DNA from: Candidatus Saccharimonadota bacterium
GTDB taxonomy: Bacteria; Pseudomonadota; Gammaproteobacteria; Enterobacterales; Enterobacteriaceae
Direction: 5' to 3'
Assembly (NCBI RefSeq): GCF_000185985.2
Contig: NC_014909.2
Coordinates: forward strand, 630,001-662,000
Length of the DNA: 32,000 bases
Below, one piece after another: positions 13,289 to 23,400 of this stretch (position 1 is its first letter; every line of letters starts with the position of its first letter). The notes under the pieces were generated by a model. That model saw only the letters and a program-made list of their open reading frames with translations, ran no database searches and had not been told where the DNA came from. The position numbers were made by a program, and so were the translations under genes.

Positions 13289-13624
13289 GTATTATACCTA
13301 TTTTCAATTATTAAAAATTTCCCTTCTTTTACTCATCTTGATCAAAAAATACCTATACTATTACTAAATAATTCATTATGCACTATACAATGTGTTATAT
13401 TTACCTTACTTATCCTATCATGCTAATACCTAATTTTTTATTTTTTCTACTCAAAATTAAACTAACAACTACCTTATTTACTACATATATGCTAAATTAA
13501 GTGTATTGTACAACTTATTATTCATTTTATCACCTATAAATAAAAAATCATTTACTTATAAACAAACAACTCAACCAGCCAAATAATACAAAATACAGAA
13601 AACAATTATCACAATTGTACAAAA
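13289..13624 (-). promoter_or_regulatory. rplJ leader and rplA-rplJ spacer, the expected location of the L10 promoter and L10(L12)4 autoregulatory leader.
   Basis: Positional inference only. In E. coli a long untranslated leader upstream of rplJ carries the L10-L12 binding site. Here a 336-bp gene-less spacer sits at the same position. I could not fold or recognise the motif by eye. Confidence 0.3.
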
Positions 13625-14338
13625 CTAATATATCACCATACTAAAACTATTTTTATCTAAAATTACTGATTTACCCATAGTAGTAGAAATAGATATTTTT
13701 TTGATATATGTTCCCTTAAATTGAACTGGCTTAACTTGTTGTATAGAAGCAATTAAGGTTTCTAAATTTTCTTTAAGATCTATAATACTAAAATCAATTT
13801 TTCCAAAAATTGCATGAACAATACCATTTTTATCATTTTTATACCGAACTTGCCCTAATTTAACATTCTTTATAGATTCCTGAATATCTGAAGATATAGT
13901 GCCCATTTTAGGATTAGGCATTAACCCCCTAGGCCCTAAAATTGATCCTAATTTACTAACTATATGCATCACATCAGGAGAAGCAAGAACTACATCAAAA
14001 CCTACACACCCATCTGCTTTAATTTTATCATATAAATCTTCTAATCCTACTAATTCTGCCCCTGCATCTTTTGCTAACTTAATCTTATCTTTTCCCTGAG
14101 TAAAAACAGCAACCCTTACACTTTTTCCGATTCCATGTGGCAATATAACATTACTACGTATACTTTGATCAGATTTACGCGCATCAATACCTAAATTAAT
14201 TGCGGCTTCTACACTTTCTATAAACTTAGCTTTTACAGTATTTTTTAACAATTTCAGTCCATCTACAATACTATACTGCACTCTCGTCCCATTACGACGA
14301 GATAAAGTTCTTTTAATTCCATCTCCTATTTGTTTCAT
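13625..14338 (-). CDS. rplA: 50S ribosomal protein L1.
   Basis: 237 aa, collinear with E. coli L1. Shared blocks: [62 protein letters not shown]. The ATG at 14338 overlaps the rplK stop (ATGA). Confidence 0.96.
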   Translation of the reverse strand: MKQIGDGIKRTLSRRNGTRVQYSIVDGLKLLKNTVKAKFIESVEAAINLGIDARKSDQSIRSNVILPHGIGKSVRVAVFTQGKDKIKLAKDAGAELVGLEDLYDKIKADGCVGFDVVLASPDVMHIVSKLGSILGPRGLMPNPKMGTISSDIQESIKNVKLGQVRYKNDKNGIVHAIFGKIDFSIIDLKENLETLIASIQQVKPVQFKGTYIKKISISTTMGKSVILDKNSFSMVIY

Positions 14339-14775
14339 AAATTCTCTTCCACTACTTCTAATCCCATAGATCTAGCTGTTCCTATAATAGATTTAGATAC
14401 TGCTTCTAAATCTACCCCAGTCATATCAACAAATTTAATTTTAGCAATATCATTTATTTGAGCACGTGATATTTTTCCAGGATTTAAAATCTTAGCATTT
14501 CCCGAACTTGATTGCATACCAACAGCTCGTTTTAATAAAAAAGCTGTTGGAGGGGTCTTTACAATAAATGAAAAAGAACGATCTGAATATACAGTAACAA
14601 CTACAGGAACAATTAAATCAGTCTCCAATTTAATTGTCTTGGCATTAAATTCCTTGCAAAATTGAATAATATTTACTCCTTGTTGGCCTAATGCTGGACC
14701 AATAGGAGGACTGGGATTTGCTGAACCAGCAAAAATCTGCAATTTAATAAATGCTTGTACTTTCTTTGAAATCAT
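14335..14775 (-). CDS. rplK: 50S ribosomal protein L11.
   Basis: 146 aa. Shared blocks with E. coli L11: [55 protein letters not shown]. Confidence 0.96.
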   Translation of the reverse strand: MISKKVQAFIKLQIFAGSANPSPPIGPALGQQGVNIIQFCKEFNAKTIKLETDLIVPVVVTVYSDRSFSFIVKTPPTAFLLKRAVGMQSSSGNAKILNPGKISRAQINDIAKIKFVDMTGVDLEAVSKSIIGTARSMGLEVVEENL

Positions 14776-14905
14776 AACAATATACTACTTACCTAAATCT
14801 AACAATCTTTTTTTATAATTATCAAAACTCATCTTTAGAAAACAGAACAAAACCCTGTATTTATTCAGTTATAAATAAATTCATAATTTTTATATTCAAA
14901 ACAAA

Positions 14906-15460
14906 TCAAGATTTTTCCACTTGAGAAAAATCTAAATCTACAGGAGTAGCACGACCAAAAATAGAAACCGACACTTTTAATCTATTTTTTTCATAATCTA
15001 CTTCTTCTACTACTGCATTAAAATCTGAAAAAGGCCCATCACTAACACGAATTAACTCTCCAGGTTCAAATAAGGTTTTAGGTCTAGGCTTATCTCCTAT
15101 TTGTTGCAACCTATATATAATATTATCAATCTCTTTATCACCAATAGGAGCTGGTTTATCACAAGTCCCCCCTACAAACCCCATAACCTTTGGAATACTC
15201 CTAACTAAATGCCAACTAGCATCATTCATAACCATTTGAACAAGAACATACCCCGGAAAAAATTTCCGTTCACTTTTTCTCCTTTGTCCAGCTCTCATTT
15301 CAACCACTTCCTCTGTAGGAACCATTATATCCCCAAACATAGAACCCATATTCTTTAATTTAATATATTCATTTAACGAATGAACAACTCTATTTTCAAA
15401 TCCAGAAAAAGCCTGAACAACATACCAACGTTTCTTTACACTATCCATTACATTATGCAT
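14906..15460 (-). CDS. nusG: Transcription termination/antitermination factor NusG.
   Basis: Homology to E. coli NusG begins at [14 protein letters not shown] and runs to [18 protein letters not shown] favour the ATG at 15460, which has GAGG 5 nt upstream and forms TAATG with the secE stop. The ATG at 15448 is an alternative. The 202-aa longest ORF runs into secE and is over-extended. Confidence 0.93.
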   Translation of the reverse strand: MHNVMDSVKKRWYVVQAFSGFENRVVHSLNEYIKLKNMGSMFGDIMVPTEEVVEMRAGQRRKSERKFFPGYVLVQMVMNDASWHLVRSIPKVMGFVGGTCDKPAPIGDKEIDNIIYRLQQIGDKPRPKTLFEPGELIRVSDGPFSDFNAVVEEVDYEKNRLKVSVSIFGRATPVDLDFSQVEKS

Positions 15461-15834
15461 TATAACCTCAATCCAAATGATATCACATGTAATAAAACAG
15501 TATCTAACCCCCACAATACTAAAGATACAATTACAGTGACTACAACAACAATTAAAGTAGTATTTAAACTATCCTGATAAGTCGGCCAAACCACTTTCCG
15601 TAATTCAATACTAGACTCTTTTAAAAATATAATTAACAACTTCCCTATCTTTGTGATTAAAAAAATACCAATTGCCACCGCTAAACAAAAAAATACCATC
15701 ATTTTTTTTATGTAAAAATTGTAATCATAAAAAAAATAACTTGCAATACAAGATAAACACAATAAAGAAACAATCCCAATCCATTTAATTATTTCTATAA
15801 ATTCTATTTTTTTCTTTAATCCCTGAATATTCAT
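15460..15834 (-). CDS. secE: Preprotein translocase subunit SecE.
   Basis: C-terminal block E.RKV.WPT.Q..L.TTLIV....V.SL.LWGLD as in E. coli SecE. Three hydrophobic segments. The longest ORF begins with TTG at 15873. The first ATG (15834, MNIQGLKK...) gives 124 aa versus 127 aa in E. coli. Confidence 0.88.
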   Translation of the reverse strand: MNIQGLKKKIEFIEIIKWIGIVSLLCLSCIASYFFYDYNFYIKKMMVFFCLAVAIGIFLITKIGKLLIIFLKESSIELRKVVWPTYQDSLNTTLIVVVVTVIVSLVLWGLDTVLLHVISFGLRL

Positions 15835-15964
15835 TTTTATTGCTATACTCAATTTAATCAAATATCTATCCAAAAACTAGCTTACTATAGACTTACTGTA
15901 CATCAAAATATTTCAACAAACATACACATAAATAAATAAAAACCTTCCATCTCTCCACACAAAA

Positions 15965-17149
15965 TTAAGCCATCACTTTAGATACTATTCCTGCTCCTAC
16001 AGTACGACCTCCCTCTCTAATTGCAAAACGCAATCCATCACCCATAGCTATAGGAACAATCAAATTTACAACCATCTTTACACTATCACCAGGCATAACC
16101 ATTTCAACTTCCTTAGGCAATTCAATAGTTCCAGTCACATCAGTAGTACGAAAATAAAATTGAGGCCTATATCCTTTAAAAAAAGGAGTATGCCTTCCCC
16201 CTTCATCTTTGTTTAAAATATACACTTCCGATTCAAAATGAGAATGAGGTTTTATACAACCAGGTTTAGATAATACCTGCCCCCTTTCTACTTCGTCTCG
16301 TTTAGTTCCACGTAAAAGAACCCCTACATTTTCCCCTGCTCGACCCTCATCTAACAACTTTCTAAACATTTCTATTCCAGTGCACGTAGTTTTCACGGTA
16401 TCTCTGATTCCTACTATTTCTACCTCTTCTCCCACCTTAATAATTCCACTTTCAACACGACCAGTTACCACTGTTCCCCTTCCAGAAATTGAGAAAACAT
16501 CCTCTATTGGTAATAAAAATGGTTTATCTATTAATCTCTTAGGTTCAGGAATATAACTATCAAGAGCATTAGCTAAATCTAATATTTTCTTAGTCCATAC
16601 CTCTTCACCTTCTAATGCTTTTAAAGCTGATCCTTGAATAATTGATGCATTATCCCCAGGAAAATCATACCTAGACAATAATTCTCTAACCTCCATCTCA
16701 ACCAATTCTAACAATTCTATATCATCTACCATATCACACTTATTTAAAAATACCACAATATGTGGTACCCCTACTTGACGGGCTAATAATATGTGTTCAC
16801 GAGTTTGAGGCATAGGGCCATCAGTAGCAGCCACAACCAAAATAGCTCCATCCATTTGTGCTGCTCCAGTAATCATATTTTTTACATAATCCGCATGACC
16901 AGGACAATCAACATGAGCGTAATGTCGAAGTCCAGTATCATATTCAACATGAGACGTATTAATAGTAATACCCCTAGCCTTTTCTTCAGGAGCATTATCT
17001 ATTTGATCAAAAGCTCTAGCACACCCTCCATATTTTTTTGCTAAAACAGTTGTTATAGCTGCAGTTAAAGTAGTTTTACCATGATCAACATGGCCAATTG
17101 TACCTACATTAATATGAGGTTTGATACGTTGAAATTTTTCTTTGGACAC
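15965..17149 (-). CDS. tuf: Elongation factor Tu.
   Basis: 394 aa, the same length as E. coli EF-Tu and near-identical ([27 protein letters not shown]). GTG start with AAGGAG 7 nt upstream. E. coli tufA also starts with GTG. Confidence 0.98.
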   Translation of the reverse strand: MSKEKFQRIKPHINVGTIGHVDHGKTTLTAAITTVLAKKYGGCARAFDQIDNAPEEKARGITINTSHVEYDTGLRHYAHVDCPGHADYVKNMITGAAQMDGAILVVAATDGPMPQTREHILLARQVGVPHIVVFLNKCDMVDDIELLELVEMEVRELLSRYDFPGDNASIIQGSALKALEGEEVWTKKILDLANALDSYIPEPKRLIDKPFLLPIEDVFSISGRGTVVTGRVESGIIKVGEEVEIVGIRDTVKTTCTGIEMFRKLLDEGRAGENVGVLLRGTKRDEVERGQVLSKPGCIKPHSHFESEVYILNKDEGGRHTPFFKGYRPQFYFRTTDVTGTIELPKEVEMVMPGDSVKMVVNLIVPIAMGDGLRFAIREGGRTVGAGIVSKVMA

Positions 17150-17257
17150 CTCTACACTCCTTAATCTCTATTTATTTATACAATACCCATCTTACCAAAA
17201 ATATTATATCTACATAACTAATTCACTAATTAATTTAAATATATAATATAATCCTCA

Positions 17258-19387
17258 CTATCTAATTCTACGAGTTTCTATAATTGATTGAGCTACATTA
17301 TAAGGTACCTCATTATATTTAAAAAACTCCATAGAATGAGAAGCACGTCCTTGCGTTTTAGAACGTAACGTAGTAGCATACCCAAACATTTCAGATAATG
17401 GAACATGAGCGCATATGATCCTACCTATAACAGTAACACTCTCTAAATTAATTATCATCCCTCTTCGACGATTTAAATCAGAAATAACGTCCCCTACATA
17501 ATCCTCTGGGGTCTCAATTTCTACCTTCATAATAGGTTCTAACAAAACAGGATTAGCCTTCATAAACCCCTCTTTAAAAGCCATAGATCCTGCTATTTTA
17601 AATGCTATTTCTGAAGAGTCAACTTCGTGATAAGATCCGTCAAAAACAGTCACACAAACTCCTACAATAGGGTAACCCGCTAAAACACCATTACTTATTT
17701 GTTCCTGCACACCCTTATCTATAGCCGGTATAAATTCTTTAGGAATAACCCCCCCTACAATTTCACTAGAAAATTTATAAATAGCGTCTCCTCCTCCTAT
17801 TATATTAGGATTAATAGGTTCTATACGTAACCACACATGGCCAAACTGACCTCTACCCCCGGATTGACGAATAAACTTTCCTTCTTGCTGTATTGCAGCA
17901 CGAATTGTTTCTCTATAAGCAACCTGAGGCCTTCCTACATGAGCCTCTATATTAAATTCTCTTTTCATTCGTTCTACTAAAATTTCTAAATGTAACTCAC
18001 CCATACCTGCAATAATAGTTTGTCCTGAATCCTGATCTATCCATACTCGAAACGATGGATCCTCTTGGGATAAACGATTCAAAGCTGTCCCCATCTTTTC
18101 CTGATCTAATTTAGTTTTAGCTTCAACCATTACAGAGATTACAGGTTCTGGAAACTCCATACGTTCCAAAATAATAGGATTATTTACATCACATAATGTA
18201 TCTCCGGTAGACACATCTTTTAATCCAATAGCTGCAGCTATATCTCCTGCATATACAACTCTAATTTCTTCTCTTTTGTTTGCATGCATTTGAACAATTC
18301 TTCCAAACCTTTCTCTTTTATCCTTAACTGAATTAAAAATATTATCTCCAGAATTAACTATTCCTGAATAAACACGGAAAAAAGTTAAATTACCCACAAA
18401 TGGGTCATTAGATACTTTAAATGCTAATGCTGAAAACGGTTCATCATCTCTAGAATAACGTTCTACTACAGTAGAACCATCTTTTAAAACCCCCTTTACT
18501 GATCTTATATCAGTGGGAGATGGTAAATACTCTACCACAGCATCCAACATCGATTGCACACCTTTATTCTTAAAAGCAGAACCACAAGTGACTAACAACA
18601 CTTCATTTTTTAACACTCTCCTTCGCAATGCTACTTTTATTTCACTTTCAGTTATTGTGCCACAACCAGATAAATACTTATCTAATAACTCTTCTGACTC
18701 TTCAACAGCAGATTCTATCAAATTCTTACGCCAAACATTTGTTAGTTCAAACAAATGTTTAGGAACATCTTCATAAACAAAAGTAACTCCTTGATCAGTA
18801 TCATTCCATTTAATTGATTTCATCTTTATTAAATCAATAATCCCAGTAAATTGATCTTCTGCTCCTAAAGCTAATTGTATAGGAACAGGATTAGCGCACA
18901 ATTTAGTTCGTAATTCCGATACTACACGTAAATAATCAGCACCCATACGATCCATTTTATTTATAAACGCTATTCTAGGTACTTTATACTTATTAGCTTG
19001 ACGCCATACAGTTTCTGATTGAGGCTGAACTCCTCCAACAGCACAATACACCATCACAACACCATCTAAAACACGCATTGATCGTTCTACTTCAACAGTA
19101 AAATCAACATGCCCAGGAGTATCGATAATATTAATTCTATGTAAAGGAAATTCGTTTGACATTCCAGACCAAAAACATGTAGTAGCTGCTGAAGTAATAG
19201 TAATTCCACGTTCTTGTTCTTGTTCCATCCAATCCATAGTAGCAGATCCAGTGTGAACTTCTCCAATCTTATGATTGACACCAGTATAAAATAAAATCCT
19301 CTCAGTAGTAGTGGTTTTTCCAGCATCAATATGAGCACTAATACCAATATTACGATAATACTCAATTGGAGTTATTCGATTATTCAT
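17258..19387 (-). CDS. fusA: Elongation factor G.
   Basis: 709 aa, collinear with E. coli EF-G ([38 protein letters not shown]). GAGGA lies 4 nt upstream of the ATG. Confidence 0.98.
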   Translation of the reverse strand: MNNRITPIEYYRNIGISAHIDAGKTTTTERILFYTGVNHKIGEVHTGSATMDWMEQEQERGITITSAATTCFWSGMSNEFPLHRINIIDTPGHVDFTVEVERSMRVLDGVVMVYCAVGGVQPQSETVWRQANKYKVPRIAFINKMDRMGADYLRVVSELRTKLCANPVPIQLALGAEDQFTGIIDLIKMKSIKWNDTDQGVTFVYEDVPKHLFELTNVWRKNLIESAVEESEELLDKYLSGCGTITESEIKVALRRRVLKNEVLLVTCGSAFKNKGVQSMLDAVVEYLPSPTDIRSVKGVLKDGSTVVERYSRDDEPFSALAFKVSNDPFVGNLTFFRVYSGIVNSGDNIFNSVKDKRERFGRIVQMHANKREEIRVVYAGDIAAAIGLKDVSTGDTLCDVNNPIILERMEFPEPVISVMVEAKTKLDQEKMGTALNRLSQEDPSFRVWIDQDSGQTIIAGMGELHLEILVERMKREFNIEAHVGRPQVAYRETIRAAIQQEGKFIRQSGGRGQFGHVWLRIEPINPNIIGGGDAIYKFSSEIVGGVIPKEFIPAIDKGVQEQISNGVLAGYPIVGVCVTVFDGSYHEVDSSEIAFKIAGSMAFKEGFMKANPVLLEPIMKVEIETPEDYVGDVISDLNRRRGMIINLESVTVIGRIICAHVPLSEMFGYATTLRSKTQGRASHSMEFFKYNEVPYNVAQSIIETRRIR

Positions 19388-19550
19388 TCTATCCTCAAAA
19401 ATATATCTTATCTCAAATACTAACTGACATCACACTAAAATAATACATCCTTCAGCATATCAAAACCAAAATACTATCACAATAAAAAAAATACAACACA
19501 TACTCAAAAAACTTCTCTTATACGGTATATAATAAGTATACTACTGCAAA

Positions 19551-20021
19551 TTACCATCGATAATGTGCAAATGCTTTATTAGATTCAGCTATACGATGCA
19601 CCTCTTCTCGTTTTTTTACTGCATTTCCCTTACCCTCTGAAGCATCTAATAATTCGTTCGCTAAACGAATTTCCATAGATTTGTCTTGTCTTTTTCTAGC
19701 CGATTCAATAATCCATCTCATTGCTAAAGTATTTCTACGCACTAGCCTCACTTCTACTGGAACTTGATATGTTGATCCTCCTACCCGTCTTGATTTCACC
19801 TCTACCACAGGACGAACATTATCTAAAGCTCTCTCAAATGATTCAATACAATCCTTACCTGATCTATGTTTTACAATATCCAAAGCGGAATATACTATAA
19901 ATTCAGCTACAGACTTCTTGCCATTCAACATCAAGATATTAATAAACTTTGCTAAAAGACTTGATTGAAATTTTGAGTCAGTTAAAATCATCCGTTTTTT
20001 AGCAATACGACGACGAGACAT
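19551..20021 (-). CDS. rpsG: 30S ribosomal protein S7.
   Basis: 156 aa. Shared blocks: [20 protein letters not shown], ending NKAFAHYRW as in the 156-aa form of enterobacterial S7. Confidence 0.97.
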   Translation of the reverse strand: MSRRRIAKKRMILTDSKFQSSLLAKFINILMLNGKKSVAEFIVYSALDIVKHRSGKDCIESFERALDNVRPVVEVKSRRVGGSTYQVPVEVRLVRRNTLAMRWIIESARKRQDKSMEIRLANELLDASEGKGNAVKKREEVHRIAESNKAFAHYRW

Positions 20022-20144
20022 AAAATACCATTCCTATAATATTAACACAGTACCAACTCTATTTAATTAACCCTTTGACAAACGACATCCCCCTAACAAT
20101 AAAATAAACAAAAATAAAACGTATATTCTCTTCTTATTGCATTA

Positions 20145-20516
20145 TTATTTCGGCTTTTTTGTTCCATACTTGGATCTGCCTTTTTTCCTATCTTTAACCC
20201 CAGCACAGTCTAAAGCACCTCTAATAACATGATACCGTACCCCTGGCAAATCCTTAACTCGACCTCCTCTAATTAAAATAGAAGCATGTTCTTGCAAATT
20301 ATGACCTTCTCCTCCTATATAACAAGTTACCTCTAATCCATTGGGCAACCTCGCTCTACATACCTTTCTAAGAGCTGAATTTGGTTTTTTTGGAGTCGTA
20401 GTATATACACGAACACAAACCCCCCTTCTTTGAGGACACCCCCCCAAAGCAGGAACATTGCTTTTTGATATTCTAATAGAACGTGCACTACGAACGAGTT
20501 GATTTATAGTAACCAT
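20145..20516 (-). CDS. rpsL: 30S ribosomal protein S12.
   Basis: 123 aa. Shared blocks: [60 protein letters not shown]. The streptomycin-relevant lysines are wild-type. Confidence 0.98.
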   Translation of the reverse strand: MVTINQLVRSARSIRISKSNVPALGGCPQRRGVCVRVYTTTPKKPNSALRKVCRARLPNGLEVTCYIGGEGHNLQEHASILIRGGRVKDLPGVRYHVIRGALDCAGVKDRKKGRSKYGTKKPK

Positions 20517-20649
20517 CTATCATTTCTACACATATCTTATTCATAAAACCCTAATATTAATTAGCACTATTACTATGTTTGCAGTATACCTAACTAAATG
20601 TGCCCTCTCACTATTTTAAATCATATTCACACCTCATCGACTCCATTTT

Positions 20650-20678
20650 AATTTAGTCCTAGATTACTATAAAGTCAA
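20650..20678 (-). promoter_or_regulatory. Candidate str-operon promoter: TTGACT, 17 nt, TAAATT.
   Basis: The minus strand reads TTGACTTTATAGTAATCTAGGACTAAATT, about 130 nt upstream of the rpsL ATG. Motif-only call in AT-rich DNA. Confidence 0.25.
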
Positions 20679-20953
20679 GAAAAATTAATATACAATTCTA
20701 TATATCAATAAATTCTCATAGACCTCACCTGTGAATATTTATTCAAATATTTAAATGATAAATATATATTATTTATACATCTAAATAATTTTTACAAAAT
20801 CAAGTTTTATTTTACACTCTTACTAACACAAATAATCTTCTTATAAATAAAATTCCCAATACTTTACACTTCCCCAAATTATTAAATAAATTCAAAATAT
20901 AAATAAAACATATAGTACACATCTATCTATAAAAATAAAAATTTACATTAAAA

Positions 20954-21028
20954 TTAACAAATAATACCAGTTAAAACAATCGAAATAATTGATACAAATA
21001 AAATGAACTTAATGAACAATGGTTTCAT
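20954..21028 (-). CDS. Candidate 24-aa hydrophobic small protein (MKPLFIKFILFVSIISIVLTGIIC), or a relic signal peptide.
   Basis: ATG at 21028 is preceded by AAAGAGGAAAA, with GAGG 7 nt upstream. This is one of the best Shine-Dalgarno matches in the window. The peptide has two lysines near the N-terminus and then an uninterrupted hydrophobic stretch, ending in TAA at 20954-20956. It is below the ORF-track length cutoff. No homology evidence is available. Confidence 0.3.
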   Translation of the reverse strand: MKPLFIKFILFVSIISIVLTGIIC

Positions 21029-21210
21029 CTATTTTCCTCTTTATCATCTTTATCAAAAAATAACAAACTATATCAAAAATTCTAAATATACTTTTACAGA
21101 CTAAAATACTTACTTACCATTAAATACATCATTAATTATTTAAATACAAAATATTAATATTTTTGTATACTCCCCTATACAACAAAATAACCATTCCTTA
21201 CCTCTACCTA

Positions 21211-21243
21211 TGTAGATTAATAATGTATCATTATTAATCTACA
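21211..21243. repeat. Perfect 33-bp palindrome or hairpin: 15-bp arms TGTAGATTAATAATG / CATTATTAATCTACA with loop TAT.
   Basis: Read directly. Located 86 nt downstream of the pabA stop on the minus strand. Neither strand has a following U-tract. Confidence 0.9.
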
Positions 21244-21328
21244 ACATCCAACACATCAGAAAAATTCCAACATTTATATACTAAATATATAATATTATAT
21301 TAATAAAATATATATAATCTTACTTATT

Positions 21329-21913
21329 TTAATAAAGCATAAAATTAAATAACATCTCATACCCTTGTTCAGTTAATACACTCTCAGGATGAAATTGAAC
21401 TCCTTCTATCAACAAACTACGATGCCGAATCCCCATTATTTCCCTACCTTGACTACTACTACATGTACTCCAAGCCGTTATCTCTAAACTTACAGGAACA
21501 CTATTTAAATCAACTACTAAAGAATGATACCTAATCACACGCAAAGATTGCATCAATCCACAAAACACTCCTTTATTATTATGTGAAATAATAGAAGATT
21601 TTCCGTGCATTATCGATTGAGCACATTTTAACTTGGCACCAAAAAATTGAGCAATAACTTGATGTCCTAAACAAACTCCAAAAATTGGAATTCTATTACA
21701 AAAATAACTGAGGGCTTGTAAAGAAATACCTGAATTGCCTGGAGTACCTGGTCCAGGAGAAATCACCAACCGATCCGGAGTTAAATGATCTAAATCCAAA
21801 ACACTAATACTGTCATGTCTGCGAACTTCTACCATTCCACCCATTTCTCTAAAATATTGATATAAATTCCAAGTAAAAGAATCATAATTATCTATTATTA
21901 AAATCTTATTCAT
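21329..21913 (-). CDS. pabA: Glutamine amidotransferase component II of aminodeoxychorismate (or anthranilate) synthase.
   Basis: Collinear with E. coli PabA (187 aa). Shared blocks: IDNYDSFTWNLYQYF, ISPGPGTP, GVCLGHQ (catalytic Cys), RYHSLVV, EIMGIRH, GVQFHPES. The longest ORF starts with TTG at 21916. The adjacent ATG at 21913 (MNKILIIDNYD) is more likely. Confidence 0.9.
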   Translation of the reverse strand: MNKILIIDNYDSFTWNLYQYFREMGGMVEVRRHDSISVLDLDHLTPDRLVISPGPGTPGNSGISLQALSYFCNRIPIFGVCLGHQVIAQFFGAKLKCAQSIMHGKSSIISHNNKGVFCGLMQSLRVIRYHSLVVDLNSVPVSLEITAWSTCSSSQGREIMGIRHRSLLIEGVQFHPESVLTEQGYEMLFNFMLY

Positions 21914-22118
21914 CAAATACTTACTCTATAAATCAATTAACTTCTTTAAACTACATTATTTCGATTATTCCTACCACATCCATGATTATGTATCTATATT
22001 ATTCTTACACAACATTAAAAACATTAATAATGCATATAATGCCGATTTTCATATACTTACTTATATTAAGTATACATGCAATCAATAACTATAGATCATA
22101 CATGCACAATACATCACA

Positions 22119-23117
22119 TCATAAACCTATTAATTGATATACCTTCTTTAAAGTTAAATTAGCTTTTTGACGTGCTTTTTTTGCTCCTACGCACAATATA
22201 TTATTTAACTTATTTTCATTAGAGCGTTCATTAAAATAACGATTTTGTATTTGTTTAAGTACTGTAGATAATGATTGAATTAAATTGCTTTTTAAACAAG
22301 AATACGTTTTATTTTTAAAAATCAACTCTAAATTACTTATAGATTCTCCTCCTATTCCTGATAGAATAGCCAATAAATTAGAAACCCCTGGTTTTTCTAC
22401 AGGATCATAGTAAATTGCTGGAGGTTGATCAGAATCAGTAATAGCACGTTTAACTTTTTTAGATATAAGAGTCGCATCATCTAACAAAGAAATATAATTA
22501 TTAGAATCTTGATCTGATTTAGACATTTTCTTTAATGGATTTAATAAAGACATAATACGAGATCCAAAATCTGGTACTAATATCTTAGGAATAGTAAAAA
22601 CCGTTCCAAATTTATTATTAAACCTGCGAGCAATATTGCAAGTAAATTCCAAATGTTGTTTCTGATCATCGCCAACAGGCACAAAATTAGTTTGATATAA
22701 TAAAATATCAGCAGCCATCAAAATTGGATAATTAAATAACCCAACATTCACACTATCTTGTTTGAATTTAGATTTCTCTTTGAATTGAGTCATACGACTT
22801 AATTCTCCATAATATGCACAACAATTCAATAACCAATTCAATTGAGTATGCTCAGGAACATGAGATTGCATGAATATTGTACTAACATTAGGATCTACAC
22901 CACATGCTAAATATAATGCCAATGTATCTAAAGACATTTTACGAAAAGCATAAACATTAGAGCTGCTTACCGTTGAAATTAAATGTAAATCAGCAATACA
23001 ATACATACATTCATAATATTTTTGCATTACAATCCAATGACGTATGGCTCCAATATAATTACCTATTGTAAGTTTACCTGATGGTTGTGTGCCACTAAAA
23101 ACAAGCAATTTATCCAT
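22119..23117 (-). CDS. trpS: Tryptophan--tRNA ligase.
   Basis: Collinear with E. coli TrpRS (334 aa). Shared blocks: VFSG.QPSG.LTIGNY.GA, GELSRMTQFK.KS, PILMAADILLYQTN.VPVG.DQKQHLE, KKMSKSD, GVSNLL.ILS. Homology begins at MDKLLVFSG (ATG at 23117). The TTG at 23135 adds 6 unsupported codons. Confidence 0.95.
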   Translation of the reverse strand: MDKLLVFSGTQPSGKLTIGNYIGAIRHWIVMQKYYECMYCIADLHLISTVSSSNVYAFRKMSLDTLALYLACGVDPNVSTIFMQSHVPEHTQLNWLLNCCAYYGELSRMTQFKEKSKFKQDSVNVGLFNYPILMAADILLYQTNFVPVGDDQKQHLEFTCNIARRFNNKFGTVFTIPKILVPDFGSRIMSLLNPLKKMSKSDQDSNNYISLLDDATLISKKVKRAITDSDQPPAIYYDPVEKPGVSNLLAILSGIGGESISNLELIFKNKTYSCLKSNLIQSLSTVLKQIQNRYFNERSNENKLNNILCVGAKKARQKANLTLKKVYQLIGL

Positions 23118-23400
23118 ATAAAACAAACCTAACAAAATATAATATTCTAATTATGTTGAAATAATGTTAATCATCATTAACATATAATTCTAAAATTTAT
23201 CAACATAAAAACTTCTATTCCTTCTTTTAAGCTTATTAACTCAAAACTTACTAATCTCTATATACGTATATATACTTCTACCTAAATTATTTTAGGTGAT
23301 ATACAAAATTTAATAAACATAAACTAACTCATCAATCAATTTTCTTCGATAATTTAAGCAAGATATTAATATATAAATAAATCAAAAATACTAATGCTTA

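Noticed and set aside
2620-19365. Antisense or alternate-frame ORFs of 60-92 aa nested within purH, rpoC, rpoB, rplA, tuf and fusA: 2620-2856, 3244-3471, 6221-6409, 7512-7748, 9851-10033, 10113-10307, 13899-14099, 16793-17044, 18513-18776 and 19087-19365.
   Set aside because: Each is fully overlapped by a highly conserved gene in another frame or on the other strand. Their translations are low-complexity with no recognisable motifs. They are typical shadow ORFs.
21132-21194. Second sORF on the minus strand right after the 33-bp palindrome: GAGGTAAGGA-ATG..., 20 aa, MVILLYRGVYKNINILYLNN.
   Set aside because: The RBS-like GAGG is well spaced. But the peptide is short and low-complexity (an N/I/L/Y tail), has no TM segment or motif, and runs straight into AT-rich DNA. 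More likely it is a G-rich relic patch followed by a chance frame. It is worth including only if comparative data support it.
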